Below, in pieces: positions 1-26,411 of a DNA stretch of 64,000 nucleotides; positions within the stretch are counted from its first letter, which is position 1; every line of letters begins with the position of its first letter. A program made the position numbers and the translations under genes. The DNA is from Blastocystis sp. Blastoise (taxonomy: Eukaryota > Protista > Bigyra: Opalinata), in NCBI GenBank assembly GCA_039096225.1, contig JBBPEB010000034.1, positions 1,054,001-1,118,000 on the forward strand, written 5' to 3'. The notes under the pieces are model-generated. The model ran no database searches. It saw only the letters and a program-made list of their open reading frames with translations, and was not told the DNA's origin.

Positions 1-382
1 TGCAGTTTTGTTTTAAACCTGATTGACTGTCTCTATTTGAAACTTTACTAATTAAAATGGATTTCCGTTGAAAGAAGAATTTCTAGAGCCATCCATTCTA
101 TGAATTTGTAATGAAACAAACGAATATAGAATAAACTGTAAAGTATGATCAATTTTTCTTATGATAAATATAATTGAGATTAAAATAAAATAATGACTAG
201 GAGTACAATTCTTTTTCAATATAAATAGATTCGGAAACTCAACCTTTTTCCCTTTTTCCTTTCAAAGGAATTTTTTAATATTATTTAAAAGAATAATTCA
301 TAATTCTTTTTAAAACTAAAAGTCTTAGAGACTACTTACTTTAGTTATAATTTATAAGTCGATTTTAAGTAGTGTTTAAAAA

Positions 383-2697
<2,315 letters not shown>

Positions 2698-2800
2698 AAG
2701 TAATCATAATAATATATATATTCTTATTTTTTTTATTTCATTAAATTGTATATTTATATTATTGTAATATAATTTGCTTTCTTGTTCTGTTATTTTTAAT

Positions 2801-2830
2801 TGTTTGTTGCTCGTTATCTTTTTGTTTGTT
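2801..2830 (+). promoter_or_regulatory. Two TGTTTGTT motifs 3' of IFRD, candidate Blastocystis-type polyadenylation signal
   Basis: TGTTTGTT at 2801-2808 and 2823-2830, ~100 nt after the stop codon. Function inferred from the known Blastocystis 3'-end motif. Confidence 0.35.
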
Positions 2831-4173
2831 TTTTGTTTATATTTTATATATATATATTTTTTTCATAAATTCAAGTGCAATCATCGTAAAATCCTTTTCA
2901 TTGAATATCTTCTAAAAAATACAACTCTTATTATAACTACAAATATTAAAAATCCTTACAATTATAAAAATCTTGTTTTTTAAATTTCAAATGAAAATAA
3001 CATGATCAATAATTTCTATAGCATCATGAAATAATCAATACAATACATTTTATGTTCAAAAGAAACATTAAAAATAACTGTTTTTGAATTTATCTCTTTC
3101 AGATACGATATATCTATTGAGATCCAATATCTAGACAACTCTCATTATGGATAAAAGTATAAACACTACGTAATTCCATACTTAACGAAGGAATTTTCAA
3201 AATGTATACTGATAATGCAATCTAGAAATTTCATTATGAAATATCTATATTGCCATTAATTCTTTGTCAAGAAATAAACAAAAAAATGAAGGAACTACAT
3301 GATAATGAAGAAGAAATTGCCTTAAAGCGATCGAATCTCTTCAGTAACATGAAAGAAGCCTACATTATACTGTTTTCATAAGTCTAATACCAATGATGTC
3401 CATAGAAAAACAGCCATAAACCACCTAGGAGTGGCTCCTTGTTCTTTCAAAAGAAAAAAGATTTCTTCATGTAGTAATTAAAAACCAAGTGAAGAAATTT
3501 ATAAGAATCATGATACTTCTCTGATTATTACACGAAAAAGATCATAGTTTCTCTTTTTTGAGTATGTCATTTGCATCTCATTTTTCACATGTTTTTTGGT
3601 CTATTTATATAAATGAATCAAACTCTCTCATTATTTCTATCAATGGCATATATGCACTAGGATATTGAAGTAGCTTGCAATAATTCATCATTTCAATATC
3701 CAATATTTTGGAATGAAATATTACTTTTTCTCTTCAAATAATATGTAAAATATCATTACTCTTTCTTGAAAAAATATATCTATACTATTTGCTAGACTTA
3801 AAAACATTATAATAAGCGTAAATTATGACAGAAAATAGTATATATATCTTTATTTAATAAAATCTTGTTTTAATCAAGAATTATCTTTTATTGCTTTTCA
3901 TTCATTGGATATTTGTTTTTATTAGTGTTCTTCAAAAGAGTTCGGATTCATTCTTGATTCCCTAGAATCCAATGTGGTTTGGACTCTATCGGTCAATGAC
4001 GTTGAACTTCTAATTCCTGAAGATTCGCCATCTCATTGGATAAAGCCGAAGAATTAATCAATTGATTGCGAGAATACAACGATTTAACCCAGTTATCGGA
4101 TGACTTGTTTATATACGGTATTCTCTAACGATAGAATGCAATCTAATCTATATTTTTTATTTTACTTGTTAAA

Positions 4174-5083
4174 ATGAAAGGAATTGTTTTATTTGCTTTG
4201 CTTTCTATCGTTTCGATAGGTATGTGCTTAATTATATATATATAAACTCATCATTTTGTAGCGTTTGGTCAGACTACTTGTACTGATCCTGAAAAGTTAT
4301 TTACTATCAAGAGATTATTTGGATCTTATGCTTATGAAGAATCTTGGTTCATATATGAAGGTGCTGATACATCAGGTACTCTTGTTCATAATGGAGCTGG
4401 TACTTATTATGATCCTGCTAATACCATCAAAACTTATGAAGTTTGTCTTAAATTCAATACTAATTATTATCTTCTTATGAGAGATACGTATATAATTATT
4501 TCTTAAATAATAAAACATTTTTTGTATCATTTTTATAATAAAAATTATATATTTTTCTAATAATTATGATTATAGTGGTAATGATGGTTGGGGTTATATT
4601 GATACTGCTTCCAGTCTATCTATCTACTTTGGAGATAGTCTTCTTTTAAAAACTACTATTCCTTGGAACAGTGGACTCAATCAAAAAGCCGAAACTTTTT
4701 CATGTATATATATGTTTTTATTATTATTTATATTTTTTATATGTTTTTTATTATTATTTATATATTAGTATTTCTTTATACTATAACTACTATCTATATA
4801 TATATAGTTTCTTTCCCTATTATTCCTGGTTCTCAATGGAAATATACAGATATACCTCAAACAGGTGCTACTTGGGCTTCTCCTTCTTTTTCTGATGCTA
4901 CTTGGACTTCTATGGCTTCTCCTAATTTCCCTGTTTTAACTACTACTCGTTATTATCGTACTACTACTACTTTTGTAGATAATGTTGATATAGTTGCCTT
5001 AGATCTATTTATTAAGAATCAACATGGATTAGTAGCTTATATTAATGGACAAGAAGTCTATCGTAATTCTTTACCGACGTATA

Positions 5084-5114
<31 letters not shown>

Positions 5115-8100
5115 ATTTCTATTTATATATAGTGGTGTTATTTCTTCTACTACTGCTTCTACAGAAACTGCTCCTGCTGAAGGTGTTTTAAGAGAGTATA
5201 TTATATATTATTATTAATATATCTATTTTTTTAGAATTGTTATTCCAAAGAGTCTTTATTTAACTACAGGTACTTCTATAACAATAGCTGTAGAAGTACA
5301 TTTAGGAACAGGAATTACAAATGTTCCTGATGTTTTTGATGGATATGCTTCTCTTGTTTCTACTAAATGTATATTATATTTATTATATGATATTATTTTT
5401 ATAATAATGTAATTATTTCAAAAAATATTTTTCTATATTCAATAATATATATACATATATAGTACTCTTAGTAGGTAATATTCCTGGTACTCCTACATGT
5501 GTTCCTGATGCTACTTATGAAGCTGAAAAATGTCCTTCTGCTTATGATCAAAATACTGGATCTAAATTCTTAGTATGGAATGTAGATACAGCTACTATTA
5601 CTATTCCTCTTATTAATAATTCGTATATATATAATGATATAAAAATATTTAAAAAGCTATCATTATATTAATTATTTTAAATCAATATTATATATATTTT
5701 TGTTTTATAGTGCTGCTTGGATTAATGCTTATGCTATTGTTTCTGCTAATGATGTTCCTGCAAGAGATCCTCGTTCTTGGAAGTTCTATGGCTCTTTAGA
5801 TGGAAATAACTTTGATTTATTAGATTATCAATTAGACCAAGTTTTTGAAACAAGATTCCAACAAAATGTCTATAATATTAGATCCAACAGAAAAATCTAC
5901 AAATATTATAAACTAGAAATTTGTATATATATAAATATACTTTATTATTATCATTATTATAATATCTATTTGTATTATTATAAATAGTATATATATTCAA
6001 ATAAATAAATATTATATATATCTTTAAATAAATAAATAAATATTATATATATACTTCAAATAAATAAATATTATATATATACTTCAAATAAATAAATATT
6101 ATATATATATTCAAATAAATAAATATTATATATATCTTCAAATAAATAAATATTATATATATCTTCAAATAAATAAATATTATATATATATTCAAATAAA
6201 TAAATATTATATATATCTTCAAATAAAAAATATTATATATATCTTCAAATAAATAAATATTATATATATCTTCAAATAAATAAATATTATATATATATTC
6301 AAATAAATAAATATTATATATATCTTCAAATAAAAAATATTATATATATCTTCAAATAAATAAATATTATATATATACTTCAATAGTATCTCATCAATCT
6401 GGTGGTAATGGTATTCAATTTGCTGAAATACAATTAGCTTGGACACCTTCTACTATATTAAATACTGGTTTACAATATGAATCTAATTCTATATCTTTCC
6501 CTATAGGTGAGGCTTTACGTATTGCTCCTATTTCTTCTGGTTATACTACTTATACTATTAATCCTGCTCTTCCTGAAGGTCTTACTCTTAATGCTAATAC
6601 TGGTATTATTACTGGTAGTAGTTCTGTTTCTTCTTCTACATTATATACTATTAGTGCTCTTGATGGTACAAGTACTTCTTCTTCTTATGCTATTACTATT
6701 TCACTTACTGCATGTGAACAACCTGCTTTAGCAAAATTATATTTTAGAAAAGTCAATAAATCAACTTCAAAAGATGAACGTTTTGTTGTTTATTCTGCTT
6801 CTAATACTGTTATTTTAGATTCTAGAGGTTTAGCTAGTGGTGTAGAACAAACATATACTAAATGTGAACCTTCAGGTCGTTATAAGATTGTTGTTACTGA
6901 TGATGGTAATAATGGTTGGCAGGATGGTGCTATGTTAGATGTTGATATATATACAGATCTTACTAATAAATATAGAATTGCTCGTTATTATCTTATTTCG
7001 GGTAGTACTGATACTTTTTATATTAATACAAAAATGGATCTTGCTCCTAGAGATTCTACTTGGAAATATTTCCTTGGTACTACTGTTATAGATCCTTCCT
7101 GGAAAACTCAGTTGTTTGTTGATACTACTAGGACTCCTTTCACTTTTAATCCTTTACCTCAAACTACTACTAATATTATATTATTAAGAAAAACATTCAC
7201 TGTATCTACTAAAACTGATATGAAAGGTTGGGAATTACGTTTTAAATCTAAAGCTGGTTGTGTTGTTTATATTAATGGTTTAGAAGTTTATAGATATAAT
7301 CTTCCTGCTGGTGAAATTACTACTGCTACTGTTGCTACTGGTGGTGATACAACTTATAAATGGAGAGGTGTTTCTGGTCCTATGAAACAAATTACTGGTA
7401 ATTCTATTACTGTTGCTATTGGTCTTGTTAATCTTGCTACAACGACTGCTGCTGATGTTGATTTCGATTGTTTATTCCATCTTTTAACTGGTTCTAGTAT
7501 TCTTAGTCGTTCTTTAAATGATGTTGATTGTACTGCTTCTGAAGCTTGGACTTCTACTTGCTATGATGTTTTTGATGATAATCTTACTACTAGATATATT
7601 ACCACTCTACATGACTCTATTAGTCCTCGTTATATCTCTGCTACTTTCAAGAATAATAGAGCTGAATATATTAATAAATATTGTATTATTAACGGCTGGG
7701 ATGCTCCTCGTCATGATCCTGTTGATTGGAATATTTCAGGTACTATGGATGGTACTACATTTACTCCTCTTACTACTGTTTCTAATATCTCTTGGGAATT
7801 CAGAAAACAAAGACAATGTTTCTATATACCTGCTATTACTCAAGCTTATGTTGGTTATAAATTAGAAATTACTAAAGCTTCTAGTATTGAAGCAGAAAAT
7901 AGATATGCTGTAATTGAATGGGAATTACATATTGAAGATTTAGATGCTGTACAACTCCCTCCTTTTACATTCTCTCCTTCTAATCTTGTTGCTTATAAAG
8001 GTATTGCCGTTCCTGCTCTTTTAGTATCTTCTGAATACTATTCTAATTTCTCTATTTCTCCTGCTCTTCCTTCTCCTTTATCTTTAGATACTTCTAATGG

Positions 8101-11020
8101 TTATATTAATGGTATTCCTAATACTTTAATGAATCCTACTACTTATACTATTTCTGCTATTAATCCCAGTGGTACTCCTGTTGCTACTACTATTTCATTC
8201 TCTGTCATTGCTTGTCAAGCTCCTAATGTATTATTTGGATTAAAGTTTGTTTTTGAAGGTTCTGCTATTGAAGCTTCTTGGACATTAAAAGATCCTATTA
8301 CAAATACTGTTATTCAAAGTGAAACTTCTTCTGTTTCTTGGGCTACTATGCAATTTAATTTCTGTAAACCTGCTCAAGTGTATAATTTAATTTTAGGAGA
8401 TACTGCTAATGATGGTTGGGGTACTGGTTATTATAATGTTGTTTTAGAAGATGGTACTGTTCTCTCTACTGGTTCTGTTGCTACTGGTGAATCTCCTAAG
8501 ACTATGATTGTTAATGTTGCTTACTTAGTTATTCCTGGAGGTACTAATTGGTCTTATCTTGTTGATGGTACTACTGCTCCTACTGGTTGGAATACTGCTT
8601 CCTTTGCTTCTACTTGGCAATCAGGTGTTCCTGCTACTATTCCTGCTCCTTTAGGTTCTGTTCAATATTATAGATCTACTTTTACTATTCCTGCTGATAC
8701 TACTTTATATTCTGGTATTGAAATTAATATTAAAGCTTATGCTGGTTTAGTTATATATATAAATGGTGCAGAAGTTTATAGAGCTAATATGCCTTCTGGT
8801 ACTATTACTCCTTCTACTGGTGCTACTTCTGAAACTACTGGATATCAATCTTATACTGTAACTGTCTCTTTAGATTTTGGATCTGTTATTGTTGGTAATA
8901 ATGTATTAGGTATTGAAATGCATAAGAAAGAAACACTTCCTTCTACTAATGGTTTTGATGGTTCTGCTAAATATGTTGCTAAGGGAGAATATAGAATTGG
9001 TTATGGTACTTCATGGTGTGATATAGATAAACATGATTTTGAAGGTATTGAGAAATTATTTGATGCTAATATTCAAACTAAGATATTAACTGGTCCTCGT
9101 TGTGTTGGTGCTATTTTCCAATGGAATTATTCTAATCAAAGAAGAGAATTTATTAATCAATATAAAGTAACTGATGCTAATGATTGTAATATAAGACATC
9201 CTTCTGGTTGGAGAATTGAAGGTTCTAATGATGATGGTGTTACTTGGACTTTATTACATGTTGTTTCTGGACATATTTGGACTGGTTATAGACAAACTGC
9301 TTCTTTTGATTTCTATAATACTATTCCTTACAAGAGTTATCAAATGGTAGTTACTGAATGTAATAATCAACCATTAGATAGTGTTAATTGTGGTACAGGT
9401 AACATTCAATTAGCAGAATGGGGTTTATATACTACAAAGATAGGTTCTGTTTGTCAAGCTCAAGGTGATTATTCTACTGCTGTTGAAGGTGGATATAGTT
9501 TTAAGAATTGTGATACTGGTTATTCTGGTTATAAGAGAAAGCTTTGTACTGCTGGAGTCTTTGGTGCTGAAGAAAATCTTTGTGTTGTTGATGCTCCTAC
9601 TGGTTTAACTTATTCTGGAAGTCCTTTTTCTTTCTTTAAGAATACTCCAGCTAGTATTTATGCTTCTGTAACAGGTGCTGAATTATCATTTACTATTACT
9701 CCTTCTCTTCCTTCTGGTCTTATGATTAATCCTACTACTGGTGCTATTACAGGTACTCCTCTTGCTGATAATACTCTTACTACTTATACTATTACAGCTA
9801 CGAACTCTGCTGGTTTAGTAGAAACTACAGTTATGATTCAAATCAGTACTTCTCGTTGTACGGCTGAAAATGGTTATCCTATAACTGAAGCTGGTGCTAC
9901 TGCTACAAAAGCTTGTTCAGATCCTATTAATTATGAAGGATCTTATACTCGTTTATGTCAAGCTGGTAATCCTGCTATTTGGGGAGCGGAACAGAATGGT
10001 TGCTTACTTAAAGTACCTACTATTACATATTTTAATCCTGCTATTTCTGGATTTAAAGGTGTTTCTTTATCTACTTCTGCTGTTATTACGGGTACTCAAA
10101 TTACTTCAATAACTATTGCTCCTGCTCTTCCTAATGGATTAACATTTAATGCTCAAAATGGTCAAATCTCTGGTATTCCTACTACTGCTTCTTCAGGTAC
10201 TTATACTGTTACTATAACGAATAGTAGAGGTTCTAATCAAGCTACTCTTACTATTACTGTAATTATTGTTCAATGTCCTATTGATGGTACTTGGCCTGCT
10301 ACTGAACGTGATACTATTGCTTATCAAACATGTCCTTCTGGTCAATCAGGTGTAATATCTCGTCGTTGTAATAGTAATGGACCTTCTATTAATTTTGGTA
10401 CTTGGGCTACTGCTGATTCTTCAAATTGTTATGTTAATAGTGCTGATGCTAAACCTGGTGAATCTCATACTTTTATTCGTTTCCCTGTTATTCTTAACGG
10501 TATTACTGCTACTGAATTTAATACTTTATCTACTTATGAAACTTTTAGAACTACTTTTGTTTCTCTTCTTAATCAATATTCTATTGCTTCTACTAATGTG
10601 GTAATTGAAAGTGTAAGTGCTTCTACATTCTATCAATCATCTACTCGTGTTAATATGAGAATTAATGTTCAAGAAGCTCAAAAAGATACTGTTGGTAATT
10701 ATATTCGTGATACTATTATTCCTAATCAATTATCAAATTCTTTAAGATCTTCAACTGATGCTAATTTAAAGAAAGTATCTTCTTGTTCTACTAATTCTAG
10801 TGACTTTAAATATCAAAATAATGGATTATCAGGTGGTGTTATTGCTCTTATTGTTGTTCTTGTCGTTGTTTTAGTTGCTGTTGTTGGTGTTGTCGTCTTC
10901 TGTATTCTTATTCGTATGAAAGGAAAGAGTAATAAGAATCATAAGAAATTAGATGGCAAGAAGAAGGGTGAAGCCAAAGTTTCTGCTCCTAAAACAAGTG
11001 GTAAAGCTACAAAAGTTTAA
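4174..11020 (+). CDS. Large type-I membrane surface protein with galactose-binding/F5-8C (discoidin)-like modules, putative Ig (He_PIG-like) repeats, HRM-like Cys modules, SEA-like region, TM and basic tail
   Basis: Signal peptide MKGIVLFALLSIVSIAFG (first intron 4220-4261). Repeated DP.xW...GS.DG..F/W..L, INGxEVYR and P.LP.GL....TG.I.G.P motifs. TM GGVIALIVVLVVVLVAVVGVVVFCILI. Last exon 6387-11020 is open throughout. Confidence 0.88.
5987..6384. repeat. Intronic minisatellite, ~29-30-bp unit (ataaataaatattatatatat(c)ttcaa) x ~13-14
   Basis: Directly visible tandem array inside intron 5923-6386. Confidence 0.9.
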
Positions 11021-11247
11021 ATATTAGAATAGTTATATATATATATTTCTTTCTTTTATGTTATTTAATAATATATTTGCATGCCTTTTATGTCATACAT
11101 CGTCTTATGCTTATTATTCGTTTTGTTTATATTTTTTATTATTTATTTAAGTTGTATAATTACAATAAATATAATATACAATAATTTAAATATTAAAAAC
11201 AAAAGATATAGTAAATAAAAAAGTGTTTATTGAAGATATAGATAAAT

Positions 11248-16873
<5,626 letters not shown>

Positions 16874-17300
16874 TCTTTATTAGAAAAAAAAAATAAGCAA
16901 TAGTTTTTCATGGTTATTTTCTTAAAATGTCTTTTATAATTATTTTTTCTCTATTAAATAATATTACTTCATTATTATTTTAAAAAATAGTCTAATGAAA
17001 ATGAACAAAACATATAGAATAATTAACAATAAATGAATTGAATTAAATAGTATTAACTGCTGTATAACAATAAAACAAGAATTGAAATTATAAATTGTAG
17101 TATCTAAAAAAACATAAACAAAAATTGACTTAATCTATTAATAATTTTAAAATATAAAAAAATATATATATGTAAAATTATTTATATATACATTTAATAT
17201 AGAAGAAGGTATTAAATAAATGAATTAAATAAATAGACAAATGATAAAAATTATTAAATTAAATATATATATATATATATATATTTAATTAAAAAATAAT

Positions 17301-19769
17301 TTAGAGTTGTCTAATTAAATGAGGTTCAATAGTGAAAGCGATACCGAACTTTCTAGGATTGACATCAAATAAATAATCACGAATACTTTCACAGATAGAA
17401 TCAGTAGCATCTTCAGCACAGACAGAGACAGCTTGTTTAACAGTTTCAACATCAGCAGCATCAACAACATATCTAACATTAATACCAGAAGAAGGAGTTT
17501 CCATAAGATCAGCAGGTTCAACATAATTAGGAGCAAGACTATTCATTTCATAGAAAGGAGAAATAAGAAGATCATGAAGATTAGAAGCTTTAGTATGTTC
17601 AGCAAAGAAAGTAGGAATAAGATGAGTAATATTAGCAGACCAAGAAGTATAAGGGAAATGTTTGAATATATATTGAACATCAAGATAAGCAACAGTATCA
17701 TCAGTCTTAGTAACTTCCCACATACCAGTAGGATCTAAAATAGACCATTCAGCCTTATAAGGTTTAGATATACATTTTCTAGTAAATAAACCTTCATATT
17801 GTTTCCAAGCATAACAAGTATCTTTGACAGCACCATGATACCAATACATGCTTCCTTGAAGAACTTCAAGATATTCAAGATCAGAATCAACACAAGATTC
17901 TTCAACAGCCATAGTACAATTAGCTCTTAAATCATAAGCACAATAATGAGAATCAACACAAAGATTTTCAGGATCATTAATATGAGGTTTGTGAGCAACG
18001 AAATCAAGATCAAAAGCTTCAGGTAAGAAATCATAAATAGTTTCATTAATAGCAACCATAACTTTTTCTCTGAAATCAACATTCCATTGAATAGTAGTAA
18101 AAGCTTCACTAAGTCTATCACCTAAGATAACAGCTCTTAAGAATACCATAGTCATATCAATATCATTAAGGAAAGATTCAACATTATTATTAGAATGAAC
18201 ACCAATGACATCAGCTCTATATAAAATATCAGGGAAGACTCTAAGAAGAAGTCTTTGAAGATGATATTGAACTTTAGAGAGTTCAGCAGCATTAACACCA
18301 ACGAAATTCCAAATCATATCATAAGAAACAGAGGCAGTAGGGAAAGGATCAACATGATTAATAAGAGGAGACCAAGTACAGTTACCATCCCAAAGATGAG
18401 TAGCATTACTTTCTTTAATACATTCTCTGACTCTATAACCACCATCTTCAAGATAATTATAAGCAAGAGAACCATTGAAATTTTGAGTAGAAGGATAATA
18501 CCATTCAAGACCATCATCATCAATAGCTTCACAACCACAACCAGGATAACATTCATTATTAATCATAACTTCATAAGGATTACAAGTTCTTCTACAACCA
18601 TAATTAGCACCATCCTTATCAGTCATAGTGAAGAAATCACAAACTTTACATTGAGTTTGACCAAGTTCATCTTGATATTCTTGACCAACACAAGCAACAG
18701 GAGGAGATAAAGGATCAGGACAAACATAACCCTTAGGACATTCAGTAACACCAATATGAATTAAATCTTTATCATAACCATATTTATCAACTTCAGAATT
18801 AACAACAGTATAACCAGGTTGAGCATCTTGACATAAAACAGGATCAGTAGTATCAGAATATTGACCAGTAGGACAAATTACAGGAGGATTTTGTTCACCA
18901 ATTTCTCCCTTAGAAGTATCACAACCAAAACCATAATCACAAACATATTCACAACCATTATTACAATAAGGTTCTTGACCAACAAAAAGAGGAGCACAAC
19001 TTCCAGTAGCAGTAGTAACACCAATACAAACCTTAGGATCAGATAAACCAGCTACATCAGAATATAAATAATCTTTACAAACAACTTCAGCTTGAGTATC
19101 AACATCAGGACAATAATAACCAACACGACATAAAGTACATTTTTGGCTATTAATAGTACCAGAATTAGTACTAAAGACATCAGTAACAGAAGGATAATAG
19201 CCAGGTCTACAGAAAGGTAATCTTACACTACCGTCAGGATTATTTCTTAAATAAGCTTGGGTGACAGTAATAGGAGGGAAAATACTGACATCATATGTAT
19301 TACGAGTATAAGTTCCAGCAGCGTTATCACAATAAGCAGCTAAAGCAACAGAAACTTCACCACCAAATTCACTAAAAGAGTTGAAAGTAAGATAGGATAA
19401 ATCGGTAGTTAAAGCATCAGCAGATTTAATGTAGTATAAAGAACCAACACGAAGAATATAATGAGTTAATAAAGGACCTTCTCCAGCAGTGACTTCATTA
19501 CAAAAAGCATTTAAATATGTTTTAGTTTGTTCGGGCGTAATTACCTCATCAGCAGCATTTTTTAAGCAGAAATTATAAGTAATATTATAAGGGTGGAAGG
19601 CATAAGTGATAGCACCTTCATCATAGACAACAGAAGAAATGTAGGAGCAATCGTTCTTTAAAAAAGTTGTAAAGAAAGCTTTAAAATCCTCAGACGCACT
19701 AGTGGGTTGTACTGTAGAAATAGCAGAAGCAACAGCAATTAAAGCTAAAATAGCGAATATAGCCTTCAT
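17301..19769 (-). CDS. Intronless secreted cysteine-rich protein (CxxGxYC / GCC2_GCC3-like repeats plus two Cys/Trp + SEA-like modules)
   Basis: 822-aa ORF, signal peptide MKAIFAILALIAVASA, repeats CRPGYY, CRVGYYCP, CPTGQYSD, CPKGYVCP, no TM, strong T-ending codon bias. Confidence 0.85.
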   Translation of the reverse strand: MKAIFAILALIAVASAISTVQPTSASEDFKAFFTTFLKNDCSYISSVVYDEGAITYAFHPYNITYNFCLKNAADEVITPEQTKTYLNAFCNEVTAGEGPLLTHYILRVGSLYYIKSADALTTDLSYLTFNSFSEFGGEVSVALAAYCDNAAGTYTRNTYDVSIFPPITVTQAYLRNNPDGSVRLPFCRPGYYPSVTDVFSTNSGTINSQKCTLCRVGYYCPDVDTQAEVVCKDYLYSDVAGLSDPKVCIGVTTATGSCAPLFVGQEPYCNNGCEYVCDYGFGCDTSKGEIGEQNPPVICPTGQYSDTTDPVLCQDAQPGYTVVNSEVDKYGYDKDLIHIGVTECPKGYVCPDPLSPPVACVGQEYQDELGQTQCKVCDFFTMTDKDGANYGCRRTCNPYEVMINNECYPGCGCEAIDDDGLEWYYPSTQNFNGSLAYNYLEDGGYRVRECIKESNATHLWDGNCTWSPLINHVDPFPTASVSYDMIWNFVGVNAAELSKVQYHLQRLLLRVFPDILYRADVIGVHSNNNVESFLNDIDMTMVFLRAVILGDRLSEAFTTIQWNVDFREKVMVAINETIYDFLPEAFDLDFVAHKPHINDPENLCVDSHYCAYDLRANCTMAVEESCVDSDLEYLEVLQGSMYWYHGAVKDTCYAWKQYEGLFTRKCISKPYKAEWSILDPTGMWEVTKTDDTVAYLDVQYIFKHFPYTSWSANITHLIPTFFAEHTKASNLHDLLISPFYEMNSLAPNYVEPADLMETPSSGINVRYVVDAADVETVKQAVSVCAEDATDSICESIRDYLFDVNPRKFGIAFTIEPHLIRQL

Positions 19770-20586
19770 TGAGTCTTATAGAAAAGTCAAAATAAAATTA
19801 AATATAGAATACCAGTTAATACTCTTCAAATTGAAAAATGAAACAATGAGAAAAGTCATCTCGATTCATTGAATTCTACCATAATAATCATAGATTCTTT
19901 CCATACCTGAACAATCTGGAAAAAAAAACAAAAAAAGAAGAGTCGATTCTTTATGGTTTTGAAGATATTGCAACGTAATCACGGTTATTTTAGTAATTCA
20001 TTTGGATTCATGACAATCCAATTGGGAGCAACAATCATAACGACACCATAGAATTCTTTATTAGTAATCTTTTGCACTTTTTATTGGATGAATATGATTG
20101 ATTAACCAATAATAATCGGAATAGGTTTCATGAAGACGGGTTACGGTTATACTCATATTTTTATGGTTATTCATAGTATTTGCTAAGAGATGTAAGAAAA
20201 GAATTCTTTCTTTAATAAAATATGGTTTTTAGGTATTTTTGGATCAAATAAATGTTGATTTAAAATAAGAGACTTATTTTTATAAATGATGATATATAAA
20301 ATATAATATTATGAAAGAGTATCGATATAAAAGAAATTCTTAATGGTAATTTGATGATCTATTGTTTTCTAATGTTTGAATTGAATTTTTTTATGATGAT
20401 ATATGCGCGTCTAATTGTTTTTATCATCATAAACTATATTTTAGAGGTAAATTGAAATTTTATTTTTGTTTATTGTTTATATGAAACGTCTAAATTGGAT
20501 TTGGATTACATAGAAATAACAAATGACGTAAGAACATATAGAAAAACATTTTTTAATACAAAAAAAATGATCTTTTTTTGGGATAC

Positions 20587-25603
<5,017 letters not shown>

Positions 25604-26411
25604 CGCTTTAAATTTCCTTTTTTATTTCTTTCTACAAAAAATAAAACTTGGTTTTTAGTCTTTGTATATTCTTCACATTGCTGTATTTCCTTTACAGATA
25701 ATCATAATCAAATTATTTTCTTATGTAGAATATGTAATATGAATCATAACCATACTTCAATAAGATAGATCATTGTTATAGAATTAGAATTCTCGTAGTA
25801 ATTTACTCATATATTTGATTTTCATGATCTTTATGTATTATATATATATATATTATTTTTAATGAATAAGAAAAATATTGTTATGCAGAGAGTCTAATTG
25901 ATGAGAATATACTTTATCATACCTGAAATGTATTTGTATAATTGTTTTACAACAGAATAGATATCGTCTAATGGGTCTTGATGATTGTTAGGAATTCTAT
26001 TCTGTTTATTTATTTATTTTATATGTTATAAGTATGTATAGGATAATTGTTCATAAATTTATAATAGAAGGGATACTTTTGATGGACTAAGAGTCTCTTT
26101 AAATAGGATATGAAATGCAGTTTGTATATTATATTCTGTAATACAGTTTATTTAATGGAGTGTGATATATGAATCTTTTGATTACAGCCAAGCAATAGCT
26201 TTATAATTGAATACTAAACAAATCAGAATTTATGATTTTCATAAAAAATGTTTTTTTAACATTGATTTGTGCTATCTAAGATTTTAATTGTGTATTATAA
26301 GCAATTAAACTATAAATCCATTGTTTCTGAAAGTATTTATAGCAATAACTAAAAGAAAAGTTGTAAAAAAACTGAGAAAAAATATTTATATTTCATTTGG
26401 CTATATTTTAA

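Noticed and set aside
3286-3381. 31-aa ORF MKELHDNEEEIALKRSNLF in the IFRD-surface protein intergenic region
   Set aside because: Too short, no recognisable motif or supporting exons.
5987-6384. CRISPR-like array
   Set aside because: Contiguous AT-rich units without unique spacers, inside a eukaryotic intron, no cas genes.
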